Shown here in pieces: positions 31,513 to 41,200 of a stretch of DNA of 64,000 nucleotides (the first letter of the stretch is position 1; every line of letters begins with the position of its first letter). The stretch is from positions 1,408,001 through 1,472,000 of the forward strand of contig CAWFFN010000005.1 of NCBI GenBank assembly GCA_963815115.1. The letters are read 5' to 3'. The position numbers were made by a program, and so were the translations under genes. The DNA comes from an uncultured delta proteobacterium (GTDB lineage Bacteria > Desulfobacterota > Binatia > DP-6). Under the pieces are notes generated by a model that was given only the letters and a program-made list of their open reading frames with translations, was not told the DNA's origin and made no database searches.

Positions 31513-32306
31513 TGCGGGCCGCGACGATCCTGCTGGTCGGTGCCGCGCTCGCGGCTCCCGTCCGAGCGGCGGACCCCGGCGACGGCGCCGTGGTCTACGG
31601 ACGGTACTGCGTCGGCTGCCACGGTGCGTCCGGCGACGGCAACGGGCCGCGGCCGCGCCGATGCTGATCACCAAGCCGCGCGACTTCACCAAGGGCGTCT
31701 TCAAGTTCCGCTCGACGCCGGCGGGGACGCTGCCCGACGGACGCGGATCTCTTCCGCACGATCACAGCGCGGCGTCTACCGCACCTCGATGCCCGAGTGG
31801 TCGCTGCTCCCCGAGCGCGAGCGCTGGGCGCTGGTCTCAGTACGTGAAGCACTTCTATCCCGGCTGGAACGAGCGCGGCGCCGGCGCGCCGATCTTCATC
31901 CCGCAGCCCTCCGAGCGACCTCGCCAGCCCCGCACGCATCGCCCGCGGCCGCGAGCTCTACGTCATGCTCGAGTGCACCACCTGCCACGGCGAGCAGGGC
32001 CGCGGCGATGGGCCGTCGGCCGCCACGCTGTCGCCCGACGCCTGGGGCACCATCAGCGAAGCCGTTCGACTTCACCAGGGACGGCTGAAGAGCGGCGCCG
32101 CCCCCGAGGACGTCTATCGCACCTTCATGACCGGCCTGAGCGGGACGGCCATGCCGTCCTACGCCGACATCTTCGCCGCGCCGGACGGCGAGAACATCCG
32201 CGAGGGCGACGCCTGGAACCTGGTCGCCTACGTGCTCTCGCTGCGCCCGCCGGCGCCGCAGCAGGCGCAGGCCGCGCCCGCGGCCGCGAAGGAGGCCACG
32301 CCATGA
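31512..32306 (+). CDS. Diheme cytochrome c (CcoP-like role), multiple frameshifts
   Basis: Signal peptide, CVGCHG, PRDFTKGVFKFRST, TSMP, CTTCHG, GTAMP. Confidence 0.8.
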
Positions 32307-33698
32307 TCGCCACCGCGACCGTGGACGGCCGCCCGCTCGTCAACGCCGATCTGATTCGCTGGCACCTCGTCGCGAGCGCCGTCTTCTTCGCCGTCTCGCT
32401 CCTCGGCGGCCTCGCCTACGCCTTCCAGTTCAACAACCTCTATCCCTTCGCCGGCATCGAGTGGCTGTCCCCCGGCCGCGTGCGCATGGTGCACACGAAC
32501 ATGGCGGCCTACGGCTTCATCGCCAACGCCTTCATCGCGCGGCATGCTGTTCGCGATCCCGCGTCTGACCCTGCGCCCGATCCTGTCGGATCGGCTGGGC
32601 TGGCTCATCTTCGGCGCCTGGCAGCTCATCCTGGTGCTCACGATCGCGGGTCAGCTCGGCGGGCTACGGCCAGGGGATCGAGTGGGGCGAGACGCCGATC
32701 TTCGTCGACCCGCTCGTCCTCGTCGGGCTGGTGCTGCTCGTCCTGAACCTCGCGGCGCCGATCTTCCAGAGCACCGAGACGGGCCTGTACGTCAGCCTGT
32801 GGTACTTCCTCGCCGCGTTCGCCTGGACGGGCCTCGTCTACTTCATGGGCAACTACCTGCCGCAGTTCTGGGTGCCGGGCACGGCGGGCGCGGCGATCAC
32901 CGGGCTGTTCATTCACGATCTGGTCGGACTGTTCGTGACGCCGATCGGCTGGGGCCTGATGTACTTCTTCGTGCCGCTGCTGCTGCGCAAGCCGATCTGG
33001 AGCCACGCGCTCTCGCTGATCGGCTTCTGGGGCATCGCGTTCTTCTATCCGATGCAGGGCGTGCATCATTTCCTGCTGAGCCCGATCCCGATGTACGCGC
33101 AGTACGGCGCGATCGTGGCGACGATCGCCGTCGAGATCGTGGTGGTCACCGTGCATCGTGAACTTCTTCGGCACGCTGCACGGGCGCGCCGACGCCATCC
33201 GCGGCAACCTCGCGATCCGCTGGTTCTACACCGGCATGCTCATGTACGCCATCACCTGCTTCCAGTGCGCCTTCCAGGTGACGCTGACGTTCCAGAGGAT
33301 CATCCACTTCACGCGACTGGGTGGTCGGCGCACGCCCACATGGTGATGTTCGGCGTCTTCGGCTTCTGGATCATGGGCGTGTTCGTCGAGCTGTGGCCGC
33401 GCGTCGTGGGCCGGCCGTGGGTGAAGCCGCGGCTGCTGACGCTGCACTACTGGCTGACGCTCGCCGGCCTCTCCCTCATGGTGGTCGACCTGACGGCCGC
33501 CGGGCTGGTGCAGGGCTTCAGCTGGGCGTCGCTCGCGCACTGGGGCGAATCGGTCGTGGCCTCGATGCCCTTCTGGTGGGTGCGCACGGTCGCAGGTCTC
33601 GTGATCGTCGGGGGCGCAAGGGCTGCTCTTCTGGGCCATGTGGGAGACCGCGCGGGCGCCGGTGGCAGAGCCGCGCCGCCACCAAGGCGGCGGCGTGA
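32303..33698 (+). CDS. ccoN: Heme-copper oxidase subunit I, C (cbb3) family, divergent; frameshifted
   Basis: GRVRMVHTN, EWGE, HDLVGLFVTP, YPMQGVHH, AHAH; all six His ligands present across frames. Confidence 0.85.
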
Positions 33699-33707
33699 GG
33701 CGCACGC

Positions 33708-34322
33708 ATGGAACGCATCGGAGCGAGCTTCCTCATCGCCGGCGTCATCACGTTCCTGCTCGGCTTCTTCCTGCAGGGGGTGATGCCGATCATCACGTTG
33801 CGCAAGCTGCCGGTGGCAACCGTCGAGGAGATCGGCGCAGACCGTGCCGCCCGACTTCGTGCAGCTCGCCCAGGACTATCCCGACGAGTTCCAGCAAGAC
33901 CTTCGGCGCAGCCGTCGCCGGAGAGCTTCGCGCGGGCGCTGCGCGAGGGCAAGGCGACGTACATCGCCGAGGCCTGCTGGCACTGCCACTCGCAGTTCGT
34001 CCGGCCGGTGTCGAACGAGGACCTGCGCTTCGGCCCGGTCTCGACGCCGGCGGAGTACCAGAACATGATGAACCTGCCGCACCTCTTCGGCACGCGGCGC
34101 GTCGGACCCGACCTGATCCGCGAAGCGGGCAAGCACTCGAACGACTGGCAGATGGCGCATCTCTACGATCCGCGCAGCGTGGCGCCGTACTCGGTGATGC
34201 CGTCGTACCCGTGGTTCTTCGACGCGAGCGGCGGCCGACGGAGCGCGGCGCTCGCGCTCGTCAGCTATCTCCAGTGGCTGGGAAGCTGGATCCCCGAGGA
34301 CCAGCGCCCGGGAGGTCGATGA
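33708..34322 (+). CDS. ccoO: cbb3-type oxidase subunit II (monoheme), compensating frameshifts
   Basis: EACWHCHSQFVRP, GTRRVGPDL, SVMPSYPW. Confidence 0.88.
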   Translation: MERIGASFLIAGVITFLLGFFLQGVMPIITLRKLPVATVEEIGADRAARLRAARPGLSRRVPARPSAQPSPESFARALREGKATYIAEACWHCHSQFVRPVSNEDLRFGPVSTPAEYQNMMNLPHLFGTRRVGPDLIREAGKHSNDWQMAHLYDPRSVAPYSVMPSYPWFFDASGGRRSAALALVSYLQWLGSWIPEDQRPGGR

Positions 34323-34612
34323 TGCGCACCCGGAGACTCGTCGTGTTCGCCATGGCGATCGGCGTCATGGTGCTCGCCGGCGGGGCGTTCATCCACAAGA
34401 TGTTCGATTTCGCCTTCACCATGCTGGGCGACGAGGTGGCCGGCTTCGGCGTCGTTGCCGTCGCCACGTATCTGCTCGGGATGCTGCCGCTGCTCTTCCT
34501 GACGCTGTGGGCGGTGATGACCGGACGCTTCCGCGACGTCGAGCGGCCGGCCACGCGCATGCTCGAGATGGACGCTGCCATCGAGCGCGGCGGCGAGCTG
34601 GGCGATGTCTGA
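34319..34612 (+). CDS. CcoS/FixS-like maturation protein with an extra N-terminal TM
   Basis: WAVMTGRFRDVERPATRMLEMD resembles CcoS WA...GQFDD.E.PA.RIL.D. Confidence 0.55.
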   Translation: MMRTRRLVVFAMAIGVMVLAGGAFIHKMFDFAFTMLGDEVAGFGVVAVATYLLGMLPLLFLTLWAVMTGRFRDVERPATRMLEMDAAIERGGELGDV

Positions 34613-34808
34613 CGGCGAGCAGCCGACCGGCCCGGTGCTCGCGCCGCGCGGCGAGAGCCCCGCGGCCGCCTCGCGCCCCGATCCTCCCGGGGACGAGCGC
34701 CGCTGGCACATCTACGAGTCGCATCCGGCGCCCTGGTGGGTCGGTCTGATGTGGGCGGCGTTCTTCGTGTTCGGCGTGACCTATCTGATCAGGAACATGA
34801 TCCGGTAG
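34605..34808 (+). CDS. Small single-TM protein resembling the CcoP N-terminal segment
   Basis: YESHPAPWW..MW..FFVF...Y; translationally coupled. Confidence 0.5.
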   Translation: MSDGEQPTGPVLAPRGESPAAASRPDPPGDERRWHIYESHPAPWWVGLMWAAFFVFGVTYLIRNMIR

Positions 34809-34814
34809 TCGGCG

Positions 34815-36980
34815 ATGCGGCCGCCGGACGCCGGGCCAGCGTGCGCGCACTGCGGGCTGCCGCTGGGCCGCCGGGCCGTCACCGCCGCGGTGGCCGGCGA
34901 GCGGCAACGCTTCTGCTGCACCGGCTGCGTGCTCGCGCTCCAGGTGACGCGTTCGCGCGGCGAGCACGGGGTCGCCGCGGCGCTCCTCGTGCGCCTGGGC
35001 CTCGCGCTGTTCTTCACCATGAACGTGATGATGGTGAGCATGCCGAGCTACGTGCCCTTCCTGTATGGCGGCACGGACACGCCCACCGACGGGCCGCTGT
35101 TCCTGCTCATGCGAGTGCTCGCGCTGCTCCTCGCCGCGCCCGTCCTCGCCCTGCTCGGGTGGCCGATCGCTCGCGCCGGCTGGGATGCCCTGCGCGGCGG
35201 GGCGGCGAGCGCGGACCTCCTGATCGTGGTCGCGACGCTGGCGGCCTACGCGCTCTCGGCCTGGAACACCGTCGCGGGGCGGGCCGAGGTGTATGCCGAC
35301 ACCGCGTGCATGCTGCTGGTGCTGGTGACCGTCGGGCGCTGGCTCGAGGCCCGCGCGCGCGCCGAGGCCGGCGCCGCCGTGCGCGCGAAGCTCGCGCCGG
35401 CGCCGCAGGTGGCGGTGCGTGTCGACGAGGGAGCAGGGCGCCAGGGCGTCGACGTCGCCACCCTCGTGCCGGGAGACGTCGTCGAGGTCGGAGCCGGGGA
35501 CCTGGTGCCGACCGACGGCGTGGTGACGGACGGGACGGCGGGGATCGACGAATCGGCCCTCACCGGCGAGCACGTGCCCGTGCCGAAGGCCCCCGGGGAC
35601 GCCGTCGCCGGGGGAACGTGCAACCTCGACGGGCGGCTCCGGATCCGCGTGACCGCGCCCGCGTCCGCCAGCGCCGCGGCGCGGCTCGCGTCGCTGGTCA
35701 CGGAGGCTGCGCGCACGCGCACGGCGGGCCAGCGCGTGGCGGACCGCGTGGCCGCCGTGCTCGTCCCGCTCGTCATGGTCGTGGCGCTGGCGGCGGGCTG
35801 CGTGTGGGGCGTGCGCGACGGGGCCGCACGCGGCGTGCTGGTGGCGCTCGCCGTGCTGGTCGTGGCGTGTCCGTGTGCGCTCGGCATCGCGACGCCCATG
35901 GCGGTGTGGGTGGGCGTGGCCGCGGCCGCCCGCCGCGGCATCGTCGTGCGCAGCGCGCCGGTGCTCGAGCGCCTCGCGGCGGTGCGGCGCGTGCTGCTCG
36001 ACAAGACCGGCACGTTGACCGCGCGACAGCTCCGCCTCGTCGCGATCGAGCCCGCACCCGACAGCGGGCTCGACGCCGGCCAGCTGCTCGCGCGCGCCGC
36101 CGGCCTCGAGGCCGGCCTGTCGCATCCTCTCGCCCGGGCGGTGACCGATGCGGCGCTCGTTCGCGGACTTGCGGTGCCCGACGCGTCCGACCTCCTCGTC
36201 GTGCCGGGACGTGGCGTCCGGGGACGGATCGGTGGCCAGCCACACGTCATCGGCAGCCCCCGCTTCGTCGCGACCGAGCTCGGGCGGCTGGTCGCGGTGG
36301 CGGGGGGCGGAGGCACCCCGCTCGTGATGCTGTGCGCCGGGCGCGTGCTCGGCACGCTCCGCGTCGCGGAGTCGCTCGAACCCACGGCGGCCGAGGCCGT
36401 CGCCGCCCTGCGGCGTCTCGGGCTGGAGGTCGGCGTGCTCACGGGCGACGAGCGGACCGACGTGGTGCTGCCCCTGCTCGATCCCCGGGAAGCCGCGCTG
36501 GGTGGTCTCCTTCCCGAGGACAAGCTGGCTCACGTGCGGGCCGGGCGCGTGGCGGGCGTGATGATGGTGGGTGACGGCCTGAACGATGCGCCCGCGCTGG
36601 CGGCGGCGGACGTCGGCGTCGCGGTGAGCGGCGCGACCGACCTCACCCGGATCACGGCCGACGTCGCGCTGATGGGCCGTGACCTGCGGGCGCTCGCCTG
36701 GGGGGTCTCGCACGCGCGCCGGGTGGTGCGGGTGATGCGCCAGAACCTGGCATGGGCGTTCGCCTACAACGCCGTCGCCGTGGGCGTTGCGGCGCTCGGT
36801 CTGCTGAATCCGCTGGTGGCCGCGCTGGCGATGATCGGCAGCAGCGTCGCGGTGGTCGCCAACGCCCGCCGGCTCGACGCGTCCGTGCGCACGCCCGGAG
36901 GCGACGCGGCCGAGCGTGCCGACCCCGTGCCCACGGCAGCGGCGAGCGCCGGGCGCCCACCGTACCGAGCGGTCACCTGA
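34815..36980 (+). CDS. ccoI: P1B-type (copper) ATPase, CcoI/FixI-like
   Basis: CAHC..FCCTGC, TGE, CPCALG, DKTGT, HPL, GDGLNDAP, YN and MIGSS motifs. Confidence 0.88.
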   Translation: MRPPDAGPACAHCGLPLGRRAVTAAVAGERQRFCCTGCVLALQVTRSRGEHGVAAALLVRLGLALFFTMNVMMVSMPSYVPFLYGGTDTPTDGPLFLLMRVLALLLAAPVLALLGWPIARAGWDALRGGAASADLLIVVATLAAYALSAWNTVAGRAEVYADTACMLLVLVTVGRWLEARARAEAGAAVRAKLAPAPQVAVRVDEGAGRQGVDVATLVPGDVVEVGAGDLVPTDGVVTDGTAGIDESALTGEHVPVPKAPGDAVAGGTCNLDGRLRIRVTAPASASAAARLASLVTEAARTRTAGQRVADRVAAVLVPLVMVVALAAGCVWGVRDGAARGVLVALAVLVVACPCALGIATPMAVWVGVAAAARRGIVVRSAPVLERLAAVRRVLLDKTGTLTARQLRLVAIEPAPDSGLDAGQLLARAAGLEAGLSHPLARAVTDAALVRGLAVPDASDLLVVPGRGVRGRIGGQPHVIGSPRFVATELGRLVAVAGGGGTPLVMLCAGRVLGTLRVAESLEPTAAEAVAALRRLGLEVGVLTGDERTDVVLPLLDPREAALGGLLPEDKLAHVRAGRVAGVMMVGDGLNDAPALAAADVGVAVSGATDLTRITADVALMGRDLRALAWGVSHARRVVRVMRQNLAWAFAYNAVAVGVAALGLLNPLVAALAMIGSSVAVVANARRLDASVRTPGGDAAERADPVPTAAASAGRPPYRAVT

Positions 36981-37471
36981 CGCCCTCGGCCGGTTCTCGG
37001 CCTTGGAGCGCAGGGCGACCGCGAGTTGCCGGCGCAGCGCGGCGTCTTCGAGGTGAGTCCCGTTGCGGGCGCCGACAGACGCCGAACAGGCGACCGGCAG
37101 GCGCAACGAAACGCTGCCATCGCATCACGGCGTTGCTGGGGGTCTCCCGCCCGTCGCCGACGCACCAGTAGCTCTTTCGATGACTTGCGGAGACGTCGCG
37201 GCGCGCTCCGGCGTCCCGTCGCGAGGGACTCGGTCTTGCACCGTGGTCTGCCGCATCACGCGTCGCAGAACCGGACGCGGTCCGACGATCTCCGAGAATG
37301 TCGATCTCACTCGCATTCATCCGTGCCGAACCTCACTCGCCTCGGTCTCGTACCTTCGATCGACGGAGGTGCGACACCGAGCGCGCCTCTGCCCGAGGCC
37401 CCCCGCGCCCGCACGAGGCAGGGGCACCGCATCAGATGACGAAGCAACGGCTTCCCAAAAAGGAGACTGCG

Positions 37472-38020
37472 ATGAAGAACTCGATGATCATTCCCTTGCT
37501 GCTGGGTGCGTGCGTGAGCCTCAGGGCCTCCACCGCCCTTGGACAGGTGCTCTACGATGAGGATCACCTGAAGTGTTACAAGGTCGTGCGTGACGAGCTC
37601 CCGCAAGGGACACGTCTCGCGGAGCTGTCGAACCATCAGTTCGGCGACGAGAAGTGCAAGGTGCGAAAGCGCGCCTCGTACCTGTGCGCCCCCACCGTCA
37701 AGTGGAAGGTCGACGACGCGCTCGTGCCGAACGATCCGCGCGGTGACGCCCTCGACACCGACTTCCTCTGCTACAAGGTCAGCTGCCAGGACGACGAGAA
37801 GCGCGAGATCACCATCAACGATCAGTTCGGGGAGCGAAGAATCCAGACGACGAAGGCGCAGTTGCTCTGCACCCCGGCGTTCAAGGTCGGCTGGCCGAAC
37901 GTGCCGTGCGGCGGTGCGAGCGCGCCAGCTTGCGCCGGCCAATGTCCGAACCCGCCAGGGGTCCCGCCGCTGGTGTGTGCACCGGTCGGGGCCGGCTGCG
38001 GCTGCGTCCCTCAGGACTAG
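37472..38020 (+). CDS. Secreted protein with two internal repeats and a Cys-rich tail
   Basis: RBS AGGAG; (H/F)LxCYKV...QFG...LCxP twice. Confidence 0.75.
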   Translation: MKNSMIIPLLLGACVSLRASTALGQVLYDEDHLKCYKVVRDELPQGTRLAELSNHQFGDEKCKVRKRASYLCAPTVKWKVDDALVPNDPRGDALDTDFLCYKVSCQDDEKREITINDQFGERRIQTTKAQLLCTPAFKVGWPNVPCGGASAPACAGQCPNPPGVPPLVCAPVGAGCGCVPQD

Positions 38021-38164
38021 CGAGCGCGACGCGCTCACGCTCGCTGTCCTTCGACATGCGGGCGGCAGGTCTCTCCACGAGCGACCTGCCGCCCGCGCTC
38101 GTCGTGTGGGGATGTCGGCGACGACGAGAAACTCGGTTTTCAGAGCGCAACGGTCGCACGCAGG

Positions 38165-38402
38165 AAGGTTGCGGCGGCGGCGTGTAGGCGGCGCTGATCT
38201 TCAGAATCTGCGCGACCAGCGTAGGATCACCTGAATCCAGTTGCCCATGACGATGCGTCCGCCGGGGCGGGTCACGCGCACCGTCTCTCCTTGGCCACAT
38301 CATGCGGCTTGGGCGCAAAACGAGGGCCTCTCCGCTCTCGCGCATGCTCTCGGCAATGCGGATGAAATCGCCGTTTTCCCAAAGTGCCTTGTTTGGATTC
38401 AT
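38165..38402 (-). pseudogene. Class I SAM methyltransferase remnant with a large deletion
   Basis: MNPNKALWENGDF.RIAESMRESGEALV joined to MGNW..GDPTLVAQILKISAAYTPPP; SAM motif missing. Confidence 0.6.
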
Positions 38403-38433
38403 CGGATTCCTCCGCGCTGGTGACTGAGTCTGT

Positions 38434-39666
38434 TCACGCGGAGAGCCACGACCGGATCGTCTCGTACACCTCGGCCCGGCCGAGCAGATCGAGGTGACCC
38501 ATCGCGTAGGCGATCCACTGGTGCGTCTCCGGAAATCCGAGCGTCAGCTCCGGCTTCGCGTGCCGGCCGAGCGCGCTGTCGACCGGGACCAGGCCATCGC
38601 TCGAGAGCTTGCCGCCGGCCCCGCGCGACTTCGTCGCGGCGATCGCGTAGCACTGCACGCCGTCGGGCAGCTTCAGCTGGCCGCGAGGATCGCCGGCGTG
38701 CCCGAATCGATCGCGGCCCGCCCAGTGCTCGTCCATGACGTTGCCGAAGCGCATGTCCGTCACGCCGGCGCTGCGAATCTTCCCGAGGCGCGCGAGCGGA
38801 GCGCTGTACCGACTGGCGCCGAGGAACAGATCGATCCAGTGGCCCCCGCGCTCGAGGGGTGCGCCGTGGTGAGGCGAGCCGAGGCACACCAGCTTGCGCA
38901 GCTTCGGGCGCCAGGCGTGGGCCGGCGCCTCGCCGAAGTGGCACGCGCTCCGTGCCACCAGCCCGCCCATGCTGTGCGCGACGATCACCAGCTCGTCGAG
39001 AGGCGTGGGCCACGCTGCGACCAGTTGCTCGAGCAGCGCGGCCAACTCGCGCCCGTTCGCCGAGATGTGCAATCCGCTGTTGTAGTGGAGGTAGACCGGG
39101 GTGAACCCGAGATCGCGGGCGAGCGCGGCACCGTGGTCGTGGCCCCGCCGAGTCCATTGCCGATCGCTCAGGCAGGAACCGTGCACCAGGACGACCAGCT
39201 TGCTGGTGGCCTGCGGGAGGGCCAGCCGCAGCGCCTGCCGCTCGAGTTCCAGGGGATGCCCCCCGTGGCGCAGCTGCATCTCGATGGCGAGCGGGTTGCC
39301 GACCGTGGCCAGATAGTCGCCGAGCACTCCATTGAGCGCGGCGACCACCGCCTCGCGCTCCAACCCGGGCGCGCCCTCGGGCAGCAGCGGCGCGAGCAGC
39401 GGTGCGAGCTGCGCGAGCGCGACGTCGATGCCCGCGCCCACCAGCCGCGTCACGCCGCGGATGCTTCCGTAGACCGGGCCGGTGAGGAGACGGGTCGGGC
39501 GCTCGAGCGGGCGGCCCAGGACGCTCGGACCGCCGCCGATGTTGTGGTGCATGGCCTCGACCAGGTCGGTCACGCCCCTGGTCGCCTCGATCGCGAGGCG
39601 GGTCGCGCCTCGCAGATCATCGATGGGAGTGCGCGCCGTTTTCGGGGTTCGATCGCGTGCCGGCAT
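38434..39666 (-). CDS. PGAP1-like alpha/beta hydrolase
   Basis: VLVHG, YNSGLHIS, AHSMGGL, LGSPHHGAPLE, DGLVP, GHLDLL. Confidence 0.88.
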   Translation of the reverse strand: MPARDRTPKTARTPIDDLRGATRLAIEATRGVTDLVEAMHHNIGGGPSVLGRPLERPTRLLTGPVYGSIRGVTRLVGAGIDVALAQLAPLLAPLLPEGAPGLEREAVVAALNGVLGDYLATVGNPLAIEMQLRHGGHPLELERQALRLALPQATSKLVVLVHGSCLSDRQWTRRGHDHGAALARDLGFTPVYLHYNSGLHISANGRELAALLEQLVAAWPTPLDELVIVAHSMGGLVARSACHFGEAPAHAWRPKLRKLVCLGSPHHGAPLERGGHWIDLFLGASRYSAPLARLGKIRSAGVTDMRFGNVMDEHWAGRDRFGHAGDPRGQLKLPDGVQCYAIAATKSRGAGGKLSSDGLVPVDSALGRHAKPELTLGFPETHQWIAYAMGHLDLLGRAEVYETIRSWLSA

Positions 39667-39906
39667 GTGGCGTCACCGTACCCTGAAATACGCACGCCGG
39701 CATCACGCCGTGGGACGGGCGACGCGCGCCGCCGTGGGCGATCGCATCCCGGAGCCGCGGCTCGGTGACGATCCGGTCGTCCAACCTCGCCTGAACCTCA
39801 CCCAGTGTCCGCGAATCTGCTCTCCTCCCGACCAGCCCCGGCGCCGCCTTGGCCGCCCAGACCTGCCGATAGACTCGACCGGCGCGAATACTCGCGCGAA
39901 CGTCGA

Positions 39907-39940
39907 GGGGCCGGCGCCGTCGCCGGCCCCCGTTGTTTCC
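39907..39940 (+). terminator. Intrinsic-terminator-like hairpin
   Basis: GGGGCCGGCG-ccgt-CGCCGGCCCC followed by cGTTGTTTCC. Confidence 0.45.
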
Positions 39941-40035
39941 TGGGCGCCGCGTCCGGACGACCGGTTCGGTCGCCCTCGCCGGCCGGGACGGCGAGGGGCG
40001 ATTCGGACGCGGCCCGGTGAACAGGCAGGCCGGGC

Positions 40036-41037
40036 TCAAGGTCGGACAACGGCGCCGGCCTGAGGCAGTCTCGGTACGAAGCACTCGAGCCCAGCGCCCT
40101 GGGGCAGGCAACCGGGCGCGCTCACACGTCCCGCGTCATCGTCGAGATAGAAGTACCCCGCCACGAAGCACATCTCGTCCTCGGTGGTGACGCCGAAGTG
40201 CACGGGGTGATCGTCCGGATTGGTCCAGTTGCACGTGAAGCGGAAGCTCTCCCCCGCCTCGACGCGAAGGGCCTTCGGGAACCAGCGGACCTTCGCGTGC
40301 TCCCAGTCGGGCGACGCGACGAGCTCGCCCAGGTCGTTGCCGGCGGCGTCCATGTGATGCACCGAGACCAGCGTTCCGCGATGGTGCTGGTGCGTCGAGA
40401 TCTGCACGATGTTCAGCGGGACGGGCGCATGCCACTCCCCGGTGAGAGAGGCGCTCGCTTGCGGTGGGATGTCGATGTCCCAGGAGCCCACCGTGAAGCT
40501 CTGCGCGTGGTGACGCACGCTGCCCTTTTTCGCGGGAATCACGTTGAACACCGCCTCGGCCATGATCGGCTCCGGGAAGAAGTTCCGGAGATGGAGGTTC
40601 GAGTAGACGATCGCGTGCGGTTCCAGACGAACGGCGACCCCCGGCGGGAATTTCACGCGGGCGGGCGACACCTGCATGCCGAACAGGTTCGCCGTGGTGG
40701 TGAAACCGTCCTGAGGGCCGAGACCGACACAACCCGGGGCATCACGAGGACCGCTCCAGAAATCCGTCGGGCTGCGATCGTTGCCCAGATATTCCCAGAG
40801 GACGAAGTGATGCGATCCGCGCGTCGAGCGGAGCTGGAGCTCGGCGACGTCCATCGGCTTGCCGTTCGGGGTGGTCTGGTACTCGCAGACCTCGCGCTCG
40901 CCGCCCACCGGGATCGGGAACGGCGTCATGCGCATCTGGAACCCACCGGCGGGGGGCCGATGGAGATGCATCCGCTTGGCGTCGGCCGGCACGGTGAAGA
41001 TCAGGCAGAGAAGCACGATCACACCGATTGTGCGCAT
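40036..41037 (-). CDS. Secreted copper type II (PHM/DBH-like) monooxygenase
   Basis: Signal peptide; SHH, NLH, THQH and DEMC copper-ligand motifs. Confidence 0.8.
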   Translation of the reverse strand: MRTIGVIVLLCLIFTVPADAKRMHLHRPPAGGFQMRMTPFPIPVGGEREVCEYQTTPNGKPMDVAELQLRSTRGSHHFVLWEYLGNDRSPTDFWSGPRDAPGCVGLGPQDGFTTTANLFGMQVSPARVKFPPGVAVRLEPHAIVYSNLHLRNFFPEPIMAEAVFNVIPAKKGSVRHHAQSFTVGSWDIDIPPQASASLTGEWHAPVPLNIVQISTHQHHRGTLVSVHHMDAAGNDLGELVASPDWEHAKVRWFPKALRVEAGESFRFTCNWTNPDDHPVHFGVTTEDEMCFVAGYFYLDDDAGRVSAPGCLPQGAGLECFVPRLPQAGAVVRP

Positions 41038-41200
41038 GAACCAGCCACTTCGCGTGCTGCCGGCCGGATGTCAACACGCAACGCGGCGAAACCGGCCCCG
41101 ACGCGCCGACTTTACGCATGCCGAGCGCCGGTGCGGTGCGACGGGGTGGGCGCTCTTTCGACTTGACGGTGCGAACGCGAACGTGGTGACACAAGCGTCA

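Noticed and set aside
31340-34260. Dense frameshifts suggesting a pseudogenised oxidase operon or programmed frameshifting
   Set aside because: Single-base indels with intact motifs, no slippery sites, and the same pattern at 45.2 kb and 52-64 kb; sequencing error is more likely.
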